Made by a program: the position numbers and the translations under genes. A stretch of 63,534 bases of DNA, the filler included, from Rhabdomonas costata (lineage: Eukaryota): the NCBI GenBank assembly GCA_019059605.1. It is 56 parts of 56 records of this genome, joined end to end, with 100 filler letters (N's around TTAATTAATTAA, not from the genome) between each part and the next. Parts side by side here need not be neighbours in the genome. Positions count along the whole stretch, not along the records: positions 23,873 to 24,909 come from JAHMHO010032150.1; positions 25,010 to 26,045 come from JAHMHO010032151.1; positions 26,146 to 27,185 come from JAHMHO010032152.1; positions 27,286 to 28,321 come from JAHMHO010032153.1; positions 28,422 to 29,458 come from JAHMHO010032154.1; positions 29,559 to 30,594 come from JAHMHO010032155.1; positions 30,695 to 31,730 come from JAHMHO010032156.1; positions 31,831 to 32,866 come from JAHMHO010032157.1; 48 more parts are not named here. The stretch is one strand, 5' to 3'. The notes under the pieces were generated by a model. It was not told where the DNA came from. It was given only the letters and a program-made list of their open reading frames with translations, and searched no databases. Position 1 is the first letter of the stretch, and the number at the start of each line of letters is the position of its first letter. Below are positions 24,325-36,245 of this stretch, piece by piece.

Positions 24325-24903
24325 CTAAACCAAGCGCAAAGAATACGCACACCCAGGAAATCGCACAAACCCACGCAAGCACCAACTCATAAAGAACCAA
24401 AAACGTAACAGCAACACACGTAGAGAAGTAACCTGCAACACACAACCACGACCACAAACCCAGAAGGCCGAACCACAAATAGAAAACGTTTCCATCACCA
24501 CAAAGTCCTAAGCCAAACCGCAAGACCAAATCCACTAACCAGAAGACCAATAAACAGCACAAAGTCACGCAAGCACGACAGAAGGTAGTGGTTGCGATGG
24601 AGATCAGTCCTGGCTCAGGTTGCCCTGCCTTTGTTGCGCAAGCTCGGCTGGAGACCAGTTTCATAGCTGGAACGTTTGTTTTTCATGGTAAGAACGGAAG
24701 CACCCACAACGGACATGAAACGCGTAAGTCCACGTGTGACAGTTTTGCAGAGGTGCAAAAACCGAAGGAGTTACAGCGAGAGAGAGCTAAACCAAGCGCA
24801 AAGAATACGCACACCCAGGAAATCGCACAAACCCACGCAAGCAACAACTCATAAAGAACCAGAACCGTAGCAGCAACACACGTAGAGAAGTAACCTACAA
24901 CAC
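24325..24903. repeat. ~117-bp direct repeat, 462-bp period
   Basis: CTAAACCAAGCGCAAAGAATACGCACACCCAGG... at 24325 and 24787. Confidence 0.9.
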
Positions 24904-25493
24904 CCCCCCNNNNNNNNNNNNNNNNNNNNNNNNNNNNNNNNNNNNNNNNNNNNTTAATTAATTAANNNNNNNNNNNNNNNNNNNNNNNNNNNNNNNNNNN
25001 NNNNNNNNNTCCCCATCTGAAATCTCCCCCTATGAGTGGGTGGCTGTTTCAGGATGGGGAATTGGGTTTCATCCGCATGAGCGATTTCCCCAGCCCAGAT
25101 ACAGCACACGTGACTCTCCCATGGGCCGAGGGAGGACGCTTTGCTTATGACAGTGATAAGTGAGCGCGACGCATTGCGCGGCTCTGCACGGAACAGGGAT
25201 GAGGTTGACAGTCTCTACTCTTTCTCCATCATTCCTAGCACGCGTGGAACAATCTGTTCTGCATCTTTCAATTTCAGACTGGAAGGAACAAATGTGAAAA
25301 AAGGCAAACGCAGGAATAAGTATTGGAATCATTCACACGTCAACTCCCAGCCATCACCATAACGAGAGTAAACCGAAAAGTACACGCTGTAGGACCCTCC
25401 GTGCGAGCGCCTATTGGCTGCGCGTGTCTTGGGTACAACGAAAAACGAAAAGAAGAAGAGAAGCCCCTCCTAATCCCAACCCACCGACTCCAC

Positions 25494-25765
25494 CTGCTCC
25501 TGCTGCCGGGCGCTCCACCACCGTGAGAGCACCAACCACAGGGCCACCCCCAGCTGGAATATAGTGAGGCTCTGCAACCCGCTGCCACTCGCCGTGCGCT
25601 GCAGGGCCACGTCGTAGCCCCGCAGGAACAGCGTCACGGAGCTGTCGCTGAACCCCAGCCAGCTGGCGTACGCGAAGCCCACGAGCACGGCAAACCACAG
25701 CAACTTCCGCGAGAACACCGTGCTGCGCCAGAAGGAACCGCAACAGGAGTAGGCGTGGAGGAGGA
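25494..25765 (-). CDS. Probable exon of a membrane protein
   Basis: GC3-rich, hydrophobic segments (LLWFAVLVGFAYASWLGF), CAG|GT donor; 5' boundary unclear. Confidence 0.5.
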
Positions 25766-27312
25766 GAATACAAATTATACAATTAAAAATTATAAAAATT
25801 ATACACGCTCGAGAAAATGGAACACAAACTACCGCATGAAGCAATACTTAATAGCAACGCTCGTCCTAATTTTACCGGTTTTATCAGCAGCTCATTTGAC
25901 TCAAAATCCTCTTGGCACAGTTTTGGAGGCAAATGTGCAATTAGTTCTACTGATGCTAACAGTGTTCAACCTCCTGGTACAACGGTAAAACTGGCACAAA
26001 ATACCAAAACACCGCGAGCTCAATTTCAAAACTTAACAAACAACCNNNNNNNNNNNNNNNNNNNNNNNNNNNNNNNNNNNNNNNNNNNNTTAATTAATTA
26101 ANNNNNNNNNNNNNNNNNNNNNNNNNNNNNNNNNNNNNNNNNNNNAGGCAGGGTCCTTTCCCTCTATTACTCCGACCACACTGTAGGATTTGTATGAGGA
26201 GGCCTCGTCATCGTAACAAAAACCTGAGGCATACCTCGCCTTCCGCTACCATGCAGAAAGTAGCGGGAAGGCAATACATTAAAAAACAGATAAGGTTGAC
26301 AGCTAAGGAGTGGGCCAAGTGGCGGGAGTACAGAGTAGGAAATGGATGAGAAGAACATTAGGAGGTCCTTCGGAAACATCCCTCCGCTCTGTGGCGTAAG
26401 GGATAAGCTGACTAATACACTGCGAGCAAGTTCCTGGACTGAGAAAAGAAGGCGCTTGGGGAATGACCCTGACACATTTCCCGTTGAAGGGATTGTACTT
26501 CTTCACTTAAAACAACTTGAGCCCTTCCGCCGTGGCACACTCCTGCTCCCCCTCCTCGGACCACCTCTCACCGTAAACCTTCCCCGACACACATCCGACC
26601 CGACGGCCGGAACCCTTTTCAAACGAATCCCTCGCCTGCCCTGTCCATTGTGCCATGCCTGTTTTTCTTTTGCGCATAGAGAACAAACAGGCACCCTAGC
26701 AAATGTTTCGCATCTAACACGTCAAAGACTTCTCTTTGAATTTTGGGATGGTGAGTGGGTAGTGGGTGTAGGAGCGTAGGCCCGCGAGTGAGTGGGTCAG
26801 TGGGAGTGCAGACAACAACAGGGAATTGATGGAGGTGAGGTGAGTTGGATTAAAAATTTCAGGAAGGAGAACATGGCCCCACATCGCCTGTGGGGGCGTG
26901 ACAAGATCTCCATCACCATCTCACTCCAGTGCACGACACCCGGCATCGGAACCGGAACCGGAGCTGGAGCCCGTTCTTTGAAAATCAAAAGCAGGTTTTT
27001 AGGTATGTTACTTTCCTTCAGAGGGAAGATGGCCCCTCTCCTCAAAAGAAAGCCTTTTCTTTCCTCCCGAGCTGCTCTGTTATCCAGTACACAGCCCAAC
27101 TGAAGGTTTGCGTTGGAAGTGGGGGTTGGTGGGAGACGAAGATCGCAAAGTTCGGGGCTGCAAACCAAACCCCAAACACACCCACNNNNNNNNNNNNNNN
27201 NNNNNNNNNNNNNNNNNNNNNNNNNNNNNTTAATTAATTAANNNNNNNNNNNNNNNNNNNNNNNNNNNNNNNNNNNNNNNNNNNNGTGTTGGGTGTGTGT
27301 GGGTGGTGGTGT

Positions 27313-27498
27313 GAGGCGGTCGTGGAACACTCGGCTGCACTCGTGGGTCCACAGCCGCACCATGGTGCCGCGGTCCTGGCAGTTCTCCGGGGTGATCATG
27401 AGGATACCCTGTACCACCTTGCTAAGGTCGCGCAGGTTGAAGGTGTAGTGACTCTTCGACGGCGTGGGACGCATCTCGGCGAGAAAGGTCGAGTAAAC
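27313..27498 (-). CDS. Axonemal dynein heavy chain exon (lid after AAA3)
   Basis: RPTPSKSHYTFNLRDLSKVVQG...RLWTHECSRVFHDRL. Confidence 0.95.
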
Positions 27499-28737
27499 CT
27501 GCGGGTGGGGTACGAGAAGTGTTGGGGGAGCACGGCCTGCGTTAGAATTGAAGTCCATAAACGGGGGTGAGGATTTTGCATCGCGGTGGACCATTTTATT
27601 TGGCGAACTCTGGAATGTGGAGACTTGCGGTTGCCACAAACTTCTGTCGAAAAATGTCGCGGAGCCGATTCCACGCAAAAAAAAATTACAATGTGGTACA
27701 GTTCTGGCGATTTGGTACGCTAATGAGCCCACTTGGTGGCGTTTCTGGCACACACTAATGCCCTGACCAAGACATCTCCGATATTTGCCCAACAGGGACA
27801 AGTTTTGGTTTGAGGTTGAGGATAGTTAATCGCTTAAACTCTGACTGACTGAAGCAGGGTTCGGGTTTGGTACAGAGTTCACCATTTTGTGTTGTTCACA
27901 AGCTTGGGTTAGATTCAGGAGTTGGACCAGGTTTGGGGAAGAGCACCAATCTTGCGTCTAGCAGCGTTACTCGAATAACCGCATGAATGTAAAAATGTTG
28001 AGGCTGGAAAACTGTCCATGTCTTTCCATCACAAGTTCCCTTTTGCGAAAGACCACAGCGCAGCGTCACGGATCAAATGTGGTGCATACACACCCGCTGG
28101 AGAAGGGGGGCGGGGCGACGGATGAAGGGTTGCAATTCTCCACAGATCAAAGTTCCGAAGCTAATGCCCCCCCCCTTCAGAATTCCAGGAAAATACAATG
28201 GAAAAGCGTTTCTAATGAAGCTGACTGCCCCAGGGGGTCACACAGAGGTTGCCAAGCATTGTCAACACTCTGGTGTCAGGGTAGCCCAAACCACGTAAAC
28301 CAGGAGGTGGGTATGCCATCCNNNNNNNNNNNNNNNNNNNNNNNNNNNNNNNNNNNNNNNNNNNNTTAATTAATTAANNNNNNNNNNNNNNNNNNNNNNN
28401 NNNNNNNNNNNNNNNNNNNNNAAGCAATGGGAACACCGAAGGCATGGGAGCGCGAAGTATGATGGGGGACACAGGACGGACACACACACACACACACACA
28501 CACTGCATTGTTTCAGTCACACCGCACGTGGCACCTCGCCCTCATCTGTGCGCTCTTTGCCACACCGAACACATCAGTCGTGTGTGTGTGTGTGTGTGTG
28601 CATTACCAGCGGCACCGCTATGCCGCCTGCGGGGCTACGGTGCCAGGATAACTCAACTTCTCGAGGAGAACCCTAAGAGGATGTTACTTTTGGCTTTGCC
28701 CGTAGAACTGTCTTCGTCTCCTGTCCGGAAAAAAAAG

Positions 28738-29399
28738 GGTGTGGAGTTCCTCGCTCCCCCGCCCCGCACGGGCCACACTGCGGTGTGGTACCAGGACCGG
28801 ATGTACGTTTTCGGTGGTTACGACGCCAACGCGGTATTTTTTTTGTGTAAAAAAACGCATTTTCTGTATTTACGTATGTGCGTGTGTTTGCGTGTGTGCT
28901 CTGGCCCTCTGCATAGAAACAGCCTTTTGAGCTTTGCCATGCGAGGGCACAACCACAGGCCTTCGAAATGCCTTTGGGGGGTCTCTTGCGGTGACGTCAG
29001 TTGTGAGGCTGATACAAATGAGCTTTTTGCCAGCCTGTCGCACCATGTAGCATTTTTACACAAGCCTCAAGAAATGAGTTTTTGGGGCCATTTGGGATTG
29101 GGTAAGGACCTTTTATGGACTCCCTTCTGCGACGAGAATCCTGGTTCGTTGGCGCATCCTTAGGGCATCTGCGAACTGCTAGTGGTGTCAGGGTCTGGCC
29201 TCAATCTTCGACAGATGGGGTGGCTCTGTGTGGAAGCTTCACATGGAAAAACCGCTGTCCCCACTTTCTCAGGGCGACACCGGTGTGTTATTCAACGACA
29301 CCTTTGAGTTTGACTCCCATCGCGGGGTCTGGCGCAAGGTGCCCGCGCAACGCGTGGGCGGGTCGGGTCCCCTCACCCCGCGCGCCCCGCGGCACAGCG
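28738..29399 (+). CDS. Kelch-repeat protein; exons 28738-28833 and 29273-29399
   Basis: PPPRTGHTAVWYQDRMYVFGGY|...LFNDTFEFD...W. Confidence 0.88.
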
Positions 29400-29827
29400 G
29401 TATCTCCCCGTCCGTTCGGACACGCACAGCCTTCTCTCCGCTGACTGTCTTCCACCACNNNNNNNNNNNNNNNNNNNNNNNNNNNNNNNNNNNNNNNNNN
29501 NNTTAATTAATTAANNNNNNNNNNNNNNNNNNNNNNNNNNNNNNNNNNNNNNNNNNNNGGGGGTTGGGAGGAAAGCTCCTATCGAAATTGGGCTGGCGCG
29601 GCGCCACACTCCATATATAATGGATTTTGCTTCGACCGCTTGCTTTTTTGTGTGTTATCCTGCTTCATGAGATAAGCTGCCGACAATGGACCCATGAAAT
29701 CCCTGTCAGTGGTCGGCTGTGTATGATGGGAGGAAGGGGGAGGCCGGGGAGGAAGGGGGAGGCCGGTAAATCTTCTGTTTCTTGTTTGCCGAAAGTGATG
29801 CGATTTTGCTCATGGGGCTTGCTGCAG

Positions 29828-29941
29828 GACTTGAGCCCGGGTACGGCCTACGCTCTCTCGATTCGCTCCCTTGTGCACCAAGACTGGTCTGGCTGGAGCC
29901 GCGGGGTAGTTGTCACGACGCTGCGGAGGCTCCAAGTTTTG
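29828..29941 (+). CDS. Fibronectin type III domain, C-terminal half exon
   Basis: DLSPGTAYALSIRS...WSGWS...VTT. Confidence 0.7.
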
Positions 29942-30794
29942 GTCTGTGTGTCTGCTTTTGCTATCTCCTCCCAACACCCCTCACGGGCGCACCCATACCA
30001 GTGCAAGCAGTGAGCTGCAGGGAGTTTGGGACAGACTGATGCCACTGGAACATCACCCCAGCCGCTCTTCCCTTGGAATACCTTAATAAGGCAGCTGGAC
30101 TCCTCTGCAGAGACAGTGAGAAGGGTGATGTCTCCGGTGGCGATGTTGACACATCTGAGAGAAAGTCATACACGAAGGAAGTCCACTGGCAAGAACACCG
30201 AAGAAGGGACCTCATAGCCATCGGCCTTGGCCGTCCTGCGCCTCAACCTGGAATTCTCCAAGCCGCTCGTCATCCGACTGAAAGCTGGCTCACACAACGT
30301 CAAAAAGCGAGCATTCTATCTATTTCCTCCTGAAGCCGAAGCAGCACCACTTGGAAACTGTCACCCGCCTCAGGGGGAACATGAGATCTCTATATCTCGA
30401 CAGAGTGGAAGCTTCCTATAAACTTGGAAGGCTATTTGCGTGGCGGGGTGCGGTGCACCATTGTCTGCATTCGCCGAAATTTGCCGCTCAATCAGATGGA
30501 ACTTTCCCGCTTGGCTTCTGACATTTTTCAAGGACATGTGAGTGTGCTTGACGTCAACGAACGAATCACACCAAACCCAACCACACCCACCACANNNNNN
30601 NNNNNNNNNNNNNNNNNNNNNNNNNNNNNNNNNNNNNNTTAATTAATTAANNNNNNNNNNNNNNNNNNNNNNNNNNNNNNNNNNNNNNNNNNNNTGTTGT
30701 GGGTCTTCATCTGTCCTCGACAGTTTTGGGCATAGTTCGAATGAATGAGCTGTGAGCAGCGTTTCAGCCTGCCTTCAAACGCAAACCTTCACAG

Positions 30795-30896
30795 GGCAAG
30801 AAGGTTCCTCTGAAGAAGATCGTGGACGATGCAATGGCCCTGACTGAGGAGAAGGGCGTCAATGTGAGGCACGTGGTGGTGTTTGATAGAGGGCTG
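30795..30896 (+). CDS. Acetyl-CoA synthetase family exon
   Basis: GKKVPLKKIVDDAM...VRHVVVFDR; CAG acceptor, GTGTGT donor. Confidence 0.75.
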
Positions 30897-33357
30897 GTGT
30901 GTGCTCCATGCGGCCTCACGGTTGCTCGGTAGAATCCGATATCCCCTCTCATGTGCCTTTACGGGGTACGGGGTTTAGATTTGCAACGGCAATGCCACGC
31001 ATTTTTGATGATACTGATGAGACAAAAGACACGATTCCTGCTTCGGCAGGGCCATCAAATCACAGCGTAGCTCCAGGGACACGCTTTTTGTAACCTCGTC
31101 ATCTTTTGCAAACGCATCTTATTATGATTGAGTGTAGTAATAAGAAGTGCAAGAAGTGCAGGAATTGCCCCTGGACCTTTCCGAAATGTCGTTTCTTTGG
31201 CAAAAGTGAGAAGCTAGAAATTGCTTTAAATATATTGTCTGATCTTCTGAAACCAAAGCAGGCCTGCGACCTGCCACAAGAAGCATGCCAGATTGCAGAA
31301 GATAACATCCTCCTTCAGTCCTCTCTGTCCCCCAAATCCAAAGCAGCGCTCCTGAAGGCGGGAAGGACAACACAGGATAATAAGAATGAACATCGTTTCC
31401 AATCAATTTTGAATGATTGAAGTGTGACTTCGACCTTCGAGGGCGTGCAGGTGGCCGCTGGAAAAGTGCAGCTCGCGGTGACCCGGGGCAGAAGGGAGGT
31501 TTCCATATCTGGAACGTTCTGCGGTGAGCCGGTACACCACGGCACCGTTCGCTCCAACGGTACCTCTCGCGAGCACCCGTGGCCAACAGTGCGTGCGCCC
31601 GTCAGCCCACAGTGGTAACCGACAACCAAGCAACCAGTCAACCAGGCAACAGCCAGCGCGCAATGCGCCCTACAGACACAGACAAGCCCACTTGCAATGG
31701 AGGTCGGGCGACGCGGCTTCGCATACCGCANNNNNNNNNNNNNNNNNNNNNNNNNNNNNNNNNNNNNNNNNNNNTTAATTAATTAANNNNNNNNNNNNNN
31801 NNNNNNNNNNNNNNNNNNNNNNNNNNNNNNTTTGTGGGGGAACCAAGTGCCAATATAGTGCTGTGCCTGGAGGAAGGTGGGATTGACATGTAGTATGGGT
31901 CTAATCAAGCTCCAACCTCACCTTCGGCGATATCCCTGTCTTGTCTTCAACCCCACTCACCTCTTTGTGTTCTTGTTTTGCTTCCGTTTTGCTTGGGGGC
32001 GAACTTCCGGAAAATCTCTCTTGTCTTGCTTTCTGCTTATCCATCTCTCTCTGACTCACCCCCCCCCCGTCCCCCACTCGTTCCTCTGGTTTGCTGTTTG
32101 TGTGCGACCCTATGCTGTGGGTTGTATCAGCTGGGGCGTAGAGAGGGTGGGAAAGCCTGCGGTCGAGCACGTGAAAGGCCTGGAGGGTGTTATCGGTGAC
32201 TGAGGAGGAGTCTGCTTTGCTGTGGCGCTTTCTCACTCCCCTGAGTCCGGAATGAGCACAAGAAAGGACGCTGAAAGCATCGCATGGAAGAATACGGAAC
32301 AGGAGTTACCCGAAGAATTACAGTGAAAGGCTCATCAACGTACACTTGATCTGGCATCCTGAATCAGGCGTCTTTGTTTTTTCATATTACTCTGGACCTG
32401 AAGCCAGTAGCTCCTACCCAATCATCAATGTGGAAAATATAGCGACAGAAATAGAGACGTCGCATGGTGGTGGCCATGGAAAGGGTTGTACGAAGATTGA
32501 GTTGGTCAACTTGAAATTCATTTCCAAGAGCCTGGATTGTTGAATGGCATGGCCCGAGCTCAGATGAGCTTTGTAAGGGCCAAGTCCTCGCATTCAGTTT
32601 TCAATTTTTCAGCATGGCGTTTTTCATGGGCTTAACCAAACATTCGACAGGCTCGGAAGGACTTCGTCTGTAAAAGTTAGTGGTATGTTCAGTAATGTTT
32701 TTCGGGACTATCTATTTGGAGAACGAGCCCGAATAATTCGCCGCTTAACTTCTTCTTGCATTTTCAATTGCAAAATCACCACTGAAAACTACATCGGCTG
32801 CGAAATTGCGAAATTGTATGAGGCCTTGCTTCTCTTCCTATCCAAACCAACACCAAACACACCAACNNNNNNNNNNNNNNNNNNNNNNNNNNNNNNNNNN
32901 NNNNNNNNNNTTAATTAATTAANNNNNNNNNNNNNNNNNNNNNNNNNNNNNNNNNNNNNNNNNNNNTGTTGGGTGTGTGTGGTTGTGTTGGTAGATCACC
33001 ACGGTGTTGTTGTTCTCCACGGACCACATGCTGTCGTCTTCCTTCACTGGCCGGAAGAGCTTCCCTGCGTGTTAGAGTTGGAAGCCAGCGGTGCGGGAAA
33101 AAGAGCGGCTTAACTGCCACAAAATCCCTAAGGCAGCAAGTGAGCCAGTCCCGTCCTGCCCAGCATGCAGATGCATCCACACCATCACCCAGCCAAGGCA
33201 CACACACACGCATTACACATACACGCCCTGAAACAGTCACTGAGATTGGCGGCTTCACCGAGTACCTTCTCATTTCATTCGTTGGCCTTTTTCCGCGTCA
33301 GGAGGCAAGTGCAACCAAAAGTGTAATTGCGTGTGCAGGGGGTGGCATGGACCCGAC

Positions 33358-33953
33358 CTTTGACCAGCGGAGGCTGCCCCTTCAGCCCCACGGTTAGGGA
33401 GGAGGGGGTAATCTCGACCTGCACCTGCTTCGCCGGAGTGTTCTCGGGGATCGGCACCCGGACAATGACCTAACGATAGACGAAAAGAAAGGTTTTTTCA
33501 ACGCAAAAGAACTTTCTACGGCTCTGTACACTCTTGGAAAAGGATCTGACCGAGAAAAAAGAGGGGGGAGTCGGGCACCAAGTGCGAGCAAGATTGCCCA
33601 CTTCTGGCCACGTGCTATGCACTCTTCACGTCCTCCAGCCCTGGGCGACTAACGGGCGTGCGTTGGCTGCATATACCTATGTGGATCCAGCTGCTGTTGC
33701 ATGTGCGTGTGTATGACTCAACACAATGATTTGGCTTCTTCTGCCCATCATTCAACTTCGTGTGACCCCTCCACACTCTCCTCTCCACAGCGGCCGGAGC
33801 TGCTGGCACGTCTGCAATCAGGGGTTGAACCTCATCATCGTTCTGGGTCCACGTGTAGCCATGCGCGGAGTCCTCCCCTCCGCACTCTTCGGTCGGGGCA
33901 GGGGCCTCGGGAGCAGACGACGACGACGACGAGGAGCTCGCTGACGAAGCCAT
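33358..33953 (-). CDS. CS-domain (NudC/p23-like) protein, first exons 33831-33953 and 33358-33469
   Basis: GYTWTQNDDE|VIVRVPIPENTPAKQVQVEITPSSLTVGLKG. Confidence 0.85.
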
Positions 33954-34352
33954 CTTCCCAGACACAAACCGAAAAGATAAGGGTGACGAAAAGAAGAGGA
34001 TGNNNNNNNNNNNNNNNNNNNNNNNNNNNNNNNNNNNNNNNNNNNNTTAATTAATTAANNNNNNNNNNNNNNNNNNNNNNNNNNNNNNNNNNNNNNNNNN
34101 NNGGGTTGGTGTTTTTCCGATGCGCTTTGAATTTACGTTAACTCATCTAACCGATTTTTGGCCCGGTATTCACTTATTAGCCGGTATTTCTCCGAACTTT
34201 CAGAAGTTGCGGATAGCAGCGACCTTGATCGTCAGTGGACTTTTTTTGGTCCGTGAAGCCCCGCCCTTCTCTTCCTTGCCATTGTCCTATACCTAACCTG
34301 CTTCCTTTACGTGTCCTGACGCCCTCTTTCTTTTCCTCTTTTATACTATTAG

Positions 34353-34523
34353 TTTACGACGTTTGTGGCCAACCAACTGCTCCTCCCTACGCCTACTTTA
34401 ACGCATACTGCTGCTGGCACTATCAGTGCTTTTGCGATTTCGTCTGTTACCCCGGGTACGCTGGTGGAGGCGAATTATTCTGCAACAGCGGGCTCCAGTG
34501 GGAGCGAGAAGGCCTCTGCGAAG
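34353..34523 (+). CDS. Sushi/CCP-like module exon (171 nt, phase 1-1)
   Basis: CGQPTAPPYA...CDFVCYPGYAGGGELFCNSGLQWEREGLC. Confidence 0.8.
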
Positions 34524-34730
34524 GTTTTTGCCGCTTTCGAAGTGACCAACTTTTTGTTCTTTCCTCTTCTGTTCCTTTCTTAAATCTTAAATAGCACATG
34601 ACATTCCTCAAAAGTCGGGTGATAAACGACTCCCCGCTCGTTCTACTCATTTCGCTGGTTTGTAAGGGACTTTTGCCACTTAAACCCAACCACCCGTCAA
34701 TGAGTGTGCGACATATGTGCGCTGACCTTC

Positions 34731-35022
34731 GGGATTTGTGAACGTGGCGACCGCCGATCCATGACCCTGCATCTCTTCTCTCGGTTGACCTGTTTCTGTC
34801 AAAGCATGTGGATCAATACCCTGCAATGGTGTCGTGGACAATCGTGAGGCCGTAGGACTTCGTGACACTATTGAAGCACGCATAGCCAAGCTGGCCCAAG
34901 CCGAACGTGTTGACCCACGACGGACCCATCACGGGTATTGATCCACACGCTTTGACAGAAACAGATCCATGAGAGCACCGATGCAGGGTCCTGGATCGGC
35001 GGTCACCCCGGTCACAAATCCC
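34731..35022. repeat. Diverged fold-back (MITE-like) element with ~90-bp arms
   Basis: 34731-34821 matches the reverse complement of 34933-35022 at roughly 85%. Confidence 0.75.
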
Positions 35023-35803
35023 CTACTGATGGCCCCCGCACACCTCACAACTAAGGTATGCACTCCCCCAATGGACAAACTACTCAGCCATCCTGCTGGT
35101 CCTAACAGGTATGCGGTCGTACCTGAGAACAAAACACCNNNNNNNNNNNNNNNNNNNNNNNNNNNNNNNNNNNNNNNNNNNNTTAATTAATTAANNNNNN
35201 NNNNNNNNNNNNNNNNNNNNNNNNNNNNNNNNNNNNNNGTGGGGGGGTCTTCCCTTTGGAGAAGAGCATCGGCTTTTGGTGGGAAGCGGAGTGAGAGTGA
35301 GTGGGTGAGGAAGATGGGAGAGGTGAGAGAATAACAAAAACAAAGAGAGGGTCCCGCTTGCAGCTGAGGGTGAGGTGGGCAGCAATACGAAAGGGTGGAT
35401 GGTGCTGGCCTGTGTGGTGGTGCCCTAACCGTGCTGCAAAGCGTTTGGACAATCGTGATTCGGTGGAGCACCGGTGTGGATCCGTGGCTTGATTTTTCCA
35501 ACTGAAGTGCAACCGAAACAGCTGGGAAAAACCATTCAATGCATTGGGCTTCATTGAAGCGGGTCCACAACAATTGCTGAAGTGAATCCCTGATGACTGA
35601 TACATCGCTGTTTAATTTCGTTCAAACCTTTTGGCGGAATTCCATGGGAGATGCATGGGAGATATTGCCGTTGAACACTGCACATCTTTTCATCAAACCC
35701 CAAAAGAGCGTGCATTTCAAAATCCTTCCAACTCATTTCAAAGTGAGAGGCCTTCAAGCGGGTCGAAGAAGGCCCTGAACCAGACCACTTTGTGCCTCCA
35801 TCG

Positions 35804-36082
35804 TCAGCGGAATTCAAACAACCCCTGCGGGTCCAAAGCCCTTCTCAGCTCCAAGATCCGAGCCCAGTGGGCCTCACTGAACGCCCTTCTGGCATCCGAC
35901 AGCCGGCACTCACTCAGCTGGACACCGTACTCCGTGCCCGCGGGGATGGCAAGGCCGAGGACATCCTGGACCCACGCCGTGTTGGCCTCATCTGCACTGG
36001 GGTCGCCCCAGTTCGCGTACACCCCAACCACCATAGTGCCCACAGCACCGCTGCCTGCGTAGGCCCCCATAAGCTCGATTTC
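35804..36082 (-). CDS. Terminal exon of an FAD-linked oxidase (BBE-like C-terminus)
   Basis: ANWGDPSADEANTAWV...AFSEAHWARILELRRALDPQGLF then stop. Confidence 0.75.
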   Translation of the reverse strand, partial: EIELMGAYAGSGAVGTMVVGVYANWGDPSADEANTAWVQDVLGLAIPAGTEYGVQLSECRLSDARRAFSEAHWARILELRRALDPQGLFEFR

Positions 36083-36177
36083 CTGATGCTTTACTCTGGA
36101 ATCTGACGGCACAGAAGTACTTGGAAGGCATCACCTGTCACCAAGAGTCGGCCACCGTATGGATTTAGGGGTCGAAG

Positions 36178-36245
36178 ACTACCTACCTACCTACCTACCT
36201 ACCTACCTACCTACCCACCTACCTACCTACCACCTACTTACCTGC
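36178..36245. repeat. (CCTA)n microsatellite
   Basis: Direct reading. Confidence 0.9.
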
